This document shows, one piece after another, positions 29,801 to 39,300 of a stretch of 64,000 bases of DNA. Made by a program: the position numbers and the translations under genes. The stretch covers positions 125,784-189,783 of the forward strand of contig JAHITT010000004.1 of the NCBI GenBank assembly GCA_018817715.1, written 5' to 3'. Under the pieces are notes generated by a model that was not told the DNA's origin, searched no databases, and saw only the letters and a list, made by a program, of their open reading frames with translations. This DNA comes from Patescibacteria group bacterium. Its GTDB lineage: Bacteria > Patescibacteriota > Patescibacteriia > Veblenbacterales > UBA10138. Position 1 is the stretch's first letter; the number at the start of each line of letters is the position of its first letter.

Positions 29801-29989
29801 AATTAAAGTAACGGTTAAACCACCAATAAATTCGGCCAAAGGCAGTATTAAATTCTGTCCTAACCAGCTACCAAAATTAGCTGAGGCAGTTGTTGGCAAA
29901 AAAAGTCCTAAACCCAAAATTAAAACCAAACCCAGCAAAAAACCGGTTTTTTTTAAGCTTATTTTAGTAAAAACCTTTGCTAGGTTCAT
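26861..29989 (-). CDS. VirB6/TrbL-like polytopic membrane protein with a long coiled-coil C-terminus
   Basis: GW.IIRD.AN.F, LVNFS...FIDF.Q and R....L.I.SP.AF....P...Y...WW motifs across many TMs, followed by a ~500-aa charged tail. Confidence 0.72.
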   Translation of the reverse strand: MNLAKVFTKISLKKTGFLLGLVLILGLGLFLPTTASANFGSWLGQNLILPLAEFIGGLTVTLIGILIGIVQYNDFINAPAVAKGWVIIRDLANMFVIVVMLVIAFATVFRIEEYQYKKLLSKLLIMSVLVNFSKMLTGFFIDFAQVVMLTFVNGFKEAAAGNLVNGFHLSEMFEFSKSKTIEGATPNENSFFVASILALISITVAMVVVAIYLVVFLVRIAFLWLLTIMSPLAFLLAAFPGQAKKYSSEWWEYFGKYLSAGPILAFFLWLALSMMQTSNNVLDSFVGQSGSDYSFKDVPGVAITGIGQSEILLSFIINIVILLGGLWMTQKLGVAGGKLAGSALAKMQSIGSSIVKSPFTVAKGVAGLAGKGAKELGSYLWSEASARLGVQGSIEKWKHGWEAGKHKREESRDTIRQSVYSKRREKGSFWQVLGSPEHLFEHQWNWRTLGKVATGHMDEVTGKKAAEHYQQQQEKLEQAKALEEQLKMRDKGGSYRGELLGGQKLFEEELKVFDDDYKMIEDGRNIKQAHVHLESLKKEMANFQGQGKVSQAMEKQEEADELSKLIDIMSTDSGKEKLLQNNRLKFSQARKKLDDINKKLLLPNSELADLKNNELKDDIDKLLIEADNLGPDKLTKQQRHSRKKEIDKLEEQKKDVIKDRENRRTQEKVKGRTPQEINELLKKDNDLLRRIDEDLKNLRRNDQLTKKEKDENIKQASILRKEAEKLQENFKSSAVGAGELDELNRQIKQLKDEAGVLGKSAEKFSPSTDYGIRRDQRLAINKEKGDMTTDNWEELFKIFEDAVHVGDSNRAAAAALKATEYGNENEFFNMYGYDSDAGGLKQFVEDIFIKKLGMAREQALSVASDIAYTGEGVQHWGVARAVNVKNGRLEWADEDERMIECLAEVRKQDFENFSRRANRLAYGREVIEYGNLPADASREEKAKYYREHRNRKFELNDFGKAYILENYSKYPDMMGRGRFNVNLATKVGSNNNLENLDNLAQKTGIIARSQYGQFKSIMGRVRNYGTGMHDEFDDIKKILKIK

Positions 29990-30254
29990 AAATTAGTTTA
30001 AAGTTTTTAAACTTAAATTTTAAGTTAAAAAGCCTAACTTAACCACTTTTATCATACCACAGTTTTAACTAAAAAAGACAGGCACTATTACCTTAATTAT
30101 ACCATAATTTTATATTTTAAGCAAGAAAAACACTCCTCTAAATACCCTGACCACAAAACAACTCCTCCAAGCAAATATTTAAAACCGACCCTCCTATTTT
30201 TGGACACCATTTCTCGTCAGTGCAAAAAAGACGTCCTAAGTAAAACTAAATAAT

Positions 30255-30282
30255 AAATAACGCCACTTAAGTGGCGTTATTT
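30255..30282. terminator. Perfect palindromic terminator after the giant gene
   Basis: AAATAACGCCAC-TTAA-GTGGCGTTATTT. Confidence 0.8.
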
Positions 30283-30303
30283 TTGAAACTAATTAAATAA
30301 TTT

Positions 30304-33300
30304 CTAATTCTTGGGCTTAACAATAATTCGTTTAGGATAATAATCAGCCCGAGCTGACCAATTAAAACCAGTATTAATGCTAGGCAATTTATCTTCATAT
30401 TGTCCATTATCCTTAGCCCACCAACCCCAGTTGTCCCGCAAAGCTACACCGGGTTTATAAACACAAGCCTGCAAAGTACTATCCCAATTTAAATTATTTT
30501 TACCACTACAAGTATAAGTAGTAGTATAAAAGAAATAACCTACTTGATTATCCTGATCGGCCACACAAGCTTCGGGACTATCACCAAAGTTAAAAGCTGG
30601 ATTGTTAAGACAAGTCTTACCGCTTGCACATTGTTTGTCCGTAGTGCAAGGTGTGGGTGTACCAATACAAACCTTGGGTGACTGACAGATAGGTTTATGA
30701 TTTCTTAAAGAAGCTTCCACTTCAATATTTCTAGATTTACCCAAAGCACCATTAATACCCCAATCTACACCCACAAATCTGATAGGCATTTGATTACCAT
30801 TGGGGTTATAACCATAAAAAGATAAAGTAATCGGCAAAGGACTTTGACCCATAATATCCTCACTAGTATGACTGGTACCAGAATAAGACACGGTTACTTT
30901 AGCACCAGCATCTTGACCCATGGTTTTACCTTTAGCATCAAAAGACACACCCGCTATAACAGGGGCTTGCGGTTCCACTACGCCCGGAATAGTCTGATTG
31001 CTTAAATCAAAACTACCACCTGGTAAAGTTATGGGAATATTAAATATCGGAATAGTAAAAGTTATAGGATCTTTAGGCAAGGCTTTATATTTGGCTGTGG
31101 CAGTATCCCAATTAAAAGTATTGTAAAACTTAACAAACAAATTCTTTATTAAATTAACTCCGCCAATACTACTCGTTGGCAAACTTAAGGCTGGGCTGGT
31201 ACCCGTACACATAAAAGGAGTTTTCTGAGTGGGACAAGGTTGGCCAGTCGAAGAATCACAATGAACCGTTGGATCATAATAGCCACAGAATCTGTTTTCG
31301 CCAGTGGCCGCTGGATCACACAACGATTTATCTTTGTTTATTGTTATATTAGGATTATCTTTATCTGGCACACCAGCTAAACACATCCAACCACTACAAC
31401 TGCCCCCACCGGCGCCACTACAACCATAAACACCCGGGGCATAAGGCTGAATTTCATTACTAATTAAAGGTTGATATTGAGCTACTGGTATTACCCTGGT
31501 CGGTTCCAATTCCGGACCTAAATGTCCTGTGTATTCAAAAGTAGTGGAAGATGGTACAAAAGCGCCAAAAGGTGCATTTAAATAATGATTAGCTTTACTA
31601 CCGGCGGTAGCATAAGTATAACCAACCTGGGGCACCACATAATTACTTAATTCATTAACCCGATTAGTTTGAGCCTTGTTATTAATAACATCATTAGGAT
31701 TAGAACTGACTACTTGGGCCACCACATCACACCACTCTCGCAAGGTATATTTAAGAACTATATAAAAATCGGCCGCCCCACCTGGATCTTTATCATTAAT
31801 CCGCAAAGTTAAATACTTATCCGGATCATTAGGATTAAAAACAGCAGTCATAGAACACAAACCCTTACCATCACTATCACAACTGTAACGATTTACCTGA
31901 TCGCTTAATTTATAACGACTAACAATTAAACGTGAGCGTTTATTATTACTATCGGTTTGACCGTATTTTCTAAAATGACCTTCAATTTCTATACTCTCAA
32001 TGGCATCTAAACCACCCAGTTGTTTTTCCAAACCGCCCAAACTTAAAGCAAAAGACATTTCATAATCCACTTTACCGGAAATTATTAATGGTGCAAAAGG
32101 TTGACCAGTCTTAGCTGGAGAAAAAATTCCCGTTAAGCCGAAAAGGCTAAATGACTGACCACCTACATTGGGACACACCTTATCTTTACCATCCCAAGCC
32201 GTGCTAGCATTCGGACTATATAAACAATCAGTAGTTGGGCCAGTTACCACATCACTAGGCGCTAATGGTACACCCTGAACCGACCGAGCGTTCTCGGGAA
32301 GAAAAGTAATCGGCTGAGGATTATCCAAATAATAAAGCTGACTCTGCTTAGAAGTTGTCTGAGCCAAACCACGAGCAGCGGCACAATAATACATAGCCTG
32401 ATTACCTGGTGACACAAAACCGGCTTTAGGCCTATCATCATAAATAGAAACTTCACCTTGTACCACATCTATCGGTAGCCAAGTTAAACAAGCGTCATCG
32501 GCGCCGTTATTTATTTTGCGAGCTGAATCTTTTTCTAAACAATAACCCTTTAACCCTTGAGCAAAAGTTATTTGTTTTAAGGCGCTTTGCTCCTGCTTGG
32601 CTTCTAGACAAGGTTCGCTGCCAGATAAAGAACCAGCACAAACCTCACCTACCGGATTAATCGGGTCAGTAGGCTGGCTACGATAATTATAAAACCTAGT
32701 TTCACCATTCTTATAAACCGCCCGTTGATAAGCGCACTCACAATTTTCATCTGGATCAGTACTTGGCTGACAAACATTAGCGTCTTTATAACCAGGCGCC
32801 CGGCTCATTAATTTAGCTTCTTTGCTTTCTGAATTCCAAGTAGCCACATTAGCTGGGAAGGGGGCGTCGGGCTCGGGATATAAGCGACAAGCTTTGGTGC
32901 TAGCCAAAGAAACTGCACAAGCTGAACTGGAATTAATAGCATCTAAAGAACACAAACCTGGTATAGAATAGCCAGTGTAATCCTGGCCAGCCCAAGTGGT
33001 GTTCCGCCCGATATAATCCGCTTCATCCAAAGGATGCTGTTCTGACTGCGGTTCTAACCAATTACCACAACCGCCAGCCGCATTGCCACTACTAGCCTGA
33101 TTACAACGACCCAAAGAATAACATAATTCCCGAGGCTTGCCAGCCGAATCGGTAATGGTCGTGCTAGTCTGACAACTTAACCACTCAGCACAAACCCGAT
33201 CACGCTGAACTTTTAAGATAGTATTAGCACTAGGTTGTTGACCTTGAGTAAACGAACAATAAACATTGTCACCTAAACAATCAGCAGTTTTTTGACAAGA

Positions 33301-36300
33301 ACGACTAGGCTCACTAGAACAAACCCCACGAGGCGCTAAGGGTGCTACCTGAGCATTATCTTGGCTACGACTTTGTTCATAAGTTAAAGGAGCAGACCAA
33401 GCTAAATCGCCACCCAGTGACAAATCGGTTACTAACAAACAACCATCTTTTTCACCAACTTTACCACCGCAAGTGGAACGATCCAATTTACCATTATCCA
33501 AATAATAATAAGTCCGGTTGGTTAAAGTATTGTCCTGGAAAGCTTTGCAAGACGAAGCTTCAGCTGGACAAGTATAAGCATAAGGCACAGCCAAAAACTC
33601 CTTAGCTTGATCATTAGTTAAACTATTAGGCAATTCTAATAAACGAACATCATCCACATAAACAGTGCTAGTTTGACGTAAACTACCTTCGTTAGTTATT
33701 AAACCAACTGATAAGGTATCAATATTAGGCTTAGTTTTTATAATATAAGTTCGATTGAGCCAAACTCCTTTAGGATCAGTGACTACAATTGTTGGATTAC
33801 CAGCCACCATCTCATAATGATGACAAGTACCCCCACCGCAACCCGTACCGACTTTGGGATAAGCGTGCCTAGACAAAGACCAACTACCCTGCAGAACTTC
33901 TTCCTTGGGTAAATAAATTTGAGCGGAAACTAAGAATAATCTTTCTTGGTTTTTAGGTTCCACTGTCACATGGGAGGACCAAACGCCAGAATATTGCTGA
34001 TCTGAAGTGGCTTTAACCTTAAGCAAACTACCACCCCAATATTGACCGTTTAAGGATCCTTGAGCGTATAACTGACCCTTACCATCTTCTTGACCGGCGC
34101 CATTTCTTTCCCAGCCGACAAAATAATCTTGAGTATTATCGTTTATTTGACCAGAACCCTTCAGGCCACTTATACCGGCAAAATTTTCAAAACTACCATT
34201 AATCAAAAGATTACAAGGCTCGGTTGTGCCAGTCTTGTACCAATCATAAGATTGGCCAGCCCGAAGTTGTTTATATTCACAAGTTCTAGAACCAGGATCT
34301 TTAAAATAATAAGTACTATTACCAGCTTTATATTCCTGACAACGATCTTGTTCTTTAGAACAAAGAGGTGAAGTTGGTCCAGCGGCAAAATTATCCGGAT
34401 CTAAACGCATAAATTTATCTGACCAACCCTGCAAAAATCCAGCAGCCGTAAAACTCGGTTCACCCAATCTTTGGCAAGATTGCATTTGTGCCGAACACTG
34501 TTTAGTCCGATCATAAATACGGTAAACCACCTGATCTTTAGCTGTGGTGACAGTCTGCCCGCCTACGGTAACTGTTTGCAATTGAGGACTTAGAGAATTT
34601 TTAGTGTCGACCAAAGCTTCACAACCAACAGCTTCTTGACGGCACAATTTAGAAAAACCAGTAAAAGAATAGGCTCGATTCTGCCTATCTTTATAAGATC
34701 GGCAACCTAAATATTTTAATTGATCGCCGTTAGGCTGACAGCTTGTCGGCGTAGTCCAAGAATCTTTTTTCAAAAAGAACCGGTCACCAACTTCTTGCAC
34801 AGCAATATTATCAGCCACAAATCTTACACCGGCCGCGGCCAATTGCACCCTGACACCTTGGCTAATATTGGCACTGGTTGGTAAAGTAACTGGTCCAATA
34901 GTATAAAGTTGCCAATCATTAGTTAGTTCGGAAGCTGGTAAATTAAAATTAATAGTTGCTTGAGGATTCAAACTGGATTCGGCCGCACTAACATAATTAA
35001 CTGTATAAGTTAAAGATCCGTTGTCAGTCAAAATACCATTAACTGGTCCACAATCATTACCAATACAAGTCTGGCTACCACCGGGATTAGCTTCTACGGA
35101 ATAAACTGTGGCACCACTAGTGCCTACTGGATTACCTGAACGCCAAATAAAATTAAAATCTCCTGATGGCTGATTGGAACGTATTACTAAACCAGTTATG
35201 GGAATATTACTACCAGCCGTATTGTTATTTAAACTGTAAGCTCCACCACCAGCCACTGGCTGACCATTCAAAGTCATTTTTAAATAAACCGTGCCTTGGT
35301 TGGTGACCACAGGATCACCCGACCCAGTGCCAGGGGGGGTAGTAGGTGTACGTGGGGTACTAACAACAGTTGTTAAACCTTTGGATTCACCACCACTATT
35401 ATAAGCCCTAACCTGATAAACAAACCGACCATCCAAACTTAAACCTTTGTTTTGACCATCAACAGGATCTACTCCTAAATCCGGAAAACTAACCGCGCCG
35501 GCATTGGGCAATACTTGAATAAGTTTAACGGCCCGACCATTATCGCCCCGATAAACAGTAAAACCAGTTTCATTATCACTACTATCTTGCCAATTTAAAG
35601 TAGCCTTATATTGACCGCTAGGACAATCGCCCGAACAAATCGCTAAACTGGCGGTTAAACCAGTAGGCGCAATTGGTAATTGAATATTTTTATTAGAACC
35701 AACATCTTTAGGTAAAGAAAAGAAACCAGTGCCAGAACCCGCCTGGGCAACAAAAGTATCTACTAAAAAGTAAGAAAATTTACCCCCATCACTAATTGTT
35801 TGACCAGCCAAATTTTTAGCCGTTACTCGCCAAGCATAAGTACGGCCTGGCTCTAAACCGATAAAATCACTTGCTGCTAACCCAGCCACGGGCAAACTTA
35901 AAGTAAATCTATCAACATCATTTTTTCGGCCAATTTCTTGCCAACCATCAGCTAAAGTTGATTTATCGTCATAGTGCATCAATTGAACATCATACTTATC
36001 AGCATAATTGGCCCGCTGCCAAGTCAAAACCGGATTATTAGTATTCACTTTAGCGTAATTGTCCTGACTGCCGTGCGGATCTACCGTAGCAAAAGCCTGC
36101 GGTGGCACCTGAGTAATAAATTCAATAGCTCTTTCCGTTGGCGTGCCAGCGCTATTGTAAGCCACCACCCTAATTTTAGTAGCCTGACCTAATTTAATTG
36201 CTCCAACATTAACCGGCATAGTCAATTCCGTTTTGGCTAAAGCGCGCCAAATAACTGGCGTGCCATAAGGTTGTTCAATAATTACTAAATAATTAACAGC

Positions 36301-39300
36301 GTCGCTGGAAGCTCCCCAAGCAACAGTAAAGGGTAAGGGCATGCTCTTTTTTTCGTCCTCAGGTGTGGTTGGATCATCGGCTGGTGAATAAATATCAAAC
36401 GGTTTAGCAGCCAAAGAACCGGTAGTAAAAGTAATAGTTTTTTCTTCTGTTTTAGAACTATCATTTTTAGCTATTACCCTAACTGTATAATTAGTATTGG
36501 CTGATAAAATATTACCAGGTACAGTAAAACTGGTAGCTGTAGTTGTAGTACTATAAGCTGTACCACCAGTTATAGAAATATCATACTTGTTAGCCCGTAA
36601 AGAACTCGTCCATTGAATAGTTGGGCTTAAAACCTGATTACTAGAACCGTCGACCGGTACTGTAATATTAAATTTACCTGGTGGGTTATTTACTTGAACT
36701 GGCGCCTGCCGATTAACAGTCGTTGTACCATTATAAACTACTGTTAAATCATAAGTTTTAGAAATCGGTAAAGTATAACCATCGCTAAAACTTTGCGTGG
36801 GTAAATTAACATTAATGGTACCTGATTTGGGTCCAGTGGGAGCTGACTGACAAACCGGTGTCTTATCTATACAATCATCTTTAACACCACAAACCTGACC
36901 AGACTTAAAACCAGAATCACATTTACTAACAGTGGATAAACATTGGGCACTAGGATAACGACAGTCGCTATCCAAAGAACAAATTTTGGTATTTTCGTTA
37001 GAACAAATCTTTTTAGTTGCTTGACAAAGAGCCGTAGTACTACGACAAGGAGTAGTATCGGTTCCTACGCAAGCAATGGCATTATTATTGGAACACTTAT
37101 TATCCACACAGGTGGCGGTGGTATTCCGACAGTCACTATTACCATTAGCTATATTACAAGCGCTATCGTTATAAGGCCCACCTACACATTTATAATCAAC
37201 AGAATTACAAGTAGCTGTGGGTTGCTGACAAAAATTATTGTCTGTCGGCGAACAAGTTTTATTTATATTTAAACCGCTAGTACATTTAAAATCCTGCGGC
37301 ACACAAGCCGGCGTTAAATCACGACAAGCATCATTATTAGTACAAGGATTATCGGTCTTAGAACCGGCATAAAAACAACGACTGTCGGCCTTAAAAGAAG
37401 TACTTAAAACACCAGGAATATTAACAGTAATAGCGTCCGTGGCTGTAGTGGAGGCTGACCAGCTTAAATTGGTAGAAAAAGCATTAGCAAAACCAGTATT
37501 ATCAAAAACCGACGGACTAGCCTGCAAAGCTACGGTGGCGGTTTGAGCAATGGCTTCGCTAATAAAAGTCCAATTGCCAAATAAATTTTGCCAAGCTAAT
37601 TTATTGGCCTTAATTAAAGAATTAACCAATTGGTTAGACCAGCTAACTTTAGCCGGCAAGTTGGTTGTTAAAGTAACTGCCGGAACTTGACTGCTAGTCT
37701 CCGCCAAACCCAAACTGCTTTTTTTGGCCCAAACAGACACTAAATACTGTTGGCCTAAAACTGCCGAACCAACGACATCTTTATAAATTGCTCCATCCGT
37801 ACCCGAATCATAGGAATGTCCAAAAGCTGAAGTAGACTCGTTAGATGGCGTACCTGAATACCAGCCACTAGAAGGTGCTGCATCATAAGTTACACGAGCT
37901 GTGGAATCCTTATCGCCAAAAGTAGATAAAGGAAAAACTAATTTTACACTATTAGCATTAGGGCCTTTATACTCACGGCAACCATTATATTGCACAGAAC
38001 ATTTTTTACCCTCCTGTGGTATAGCTCGATAATAACAAGCGTTATTTTCCCAATTACCCCCTGTGGCTAAACAATCAACTTGATTGCCTTCGGTTTTTCG
38101 ATAACGTGTACAACTACTGGAAGCGGTAACTGTTTTAGAAGCCAAACGATAATAAACCTGGCCATCAGAAGCGTATAATTGTTTACAATCTGGATTACTG
38201 GTTGGCCAACTACCACTTAACCGACAATCTCCTGAATTATCCGTAGTTACTGGGCCGGTGGCCTCGAATTTTAATTGCCAAGCCTTAAGTTGATAACCAG
38301 TTAAATCTGAACCAACCCAAGTATAATATGTCCTATCACCCTCCCCCGGCTGAACACACTGCCTAAGTTCGGTAAAATATTCTTTTTGTTCACCTAAACC
38401 AACATTAGTAAACTCACTACAACCCACCGCCTCAGCCGGACAAGTTTGAGCAGTTTTTGTTATAAAATATTTAACTGATTTATCTGACGGATTAAGCTTG
38501 GTTGGCTGTTGTTCATAAGCCTGATAACCCACGCACTCCCCCGGACAAGTATAATCCGGATGCGGTTGACCGGGCACGGCCGGTGTGCCATCCAACGGTG
38601 TATAAAGCTCACAACCAACTTCACCAGCCGCACACCAACCTATATATTTAGCACACTCTGGGGAATCATTTTTTAAATCATTGTCATAACACTTTAAATA
38701 ATCGGGCGCCTGTTTTAAATAAACTTCAGCTGTTGTGGCATAGGTTGAATAATCCTGACCTGACTGACTTGTCACCTGATTAACCACTTTTTCCACCGGA
38801 TTAGCCCCGGCAGCAGTTAAACTAGTTGAAATATTACTTAAACGAAGTAAAGCCGTACAACCTTCGTCATTAGACGAACAAGAATAACGATCTATATTCT
38901 TGGCATACAAACGACTATTTAAATCATACCGGCCTAAAGAAGTATCCAAAGAATTAAAAGCCGTGGAATACCACTTACAACCAGTTGCACCAGTACAATT
39001 ACCATCATTAAAACTGGCTAAAGAATTAGTTAAGTAAGAAGCCGAACCGCCACCGCTAGAAGAAAAAGTTTGGCAAGAAGCAAAAGGCGCCTGACCAGAA
39101 TCCCTGGGGAATTCACAACTGTCGCCACCTAAACGCCAAACATTTTTTTCTTTAGTACAATAACCCCAAGAAGCGCAAGTTCCATCAGGATTTTCCACCA
39201 CACAGTTCTGCGTATCCACACAAATATCCTGACGATTAGAACCCTGTTGTTCCAATATTTGCCCGGAGCCTTGCAAACGACACTGGGCCAAAGGGGCTTT

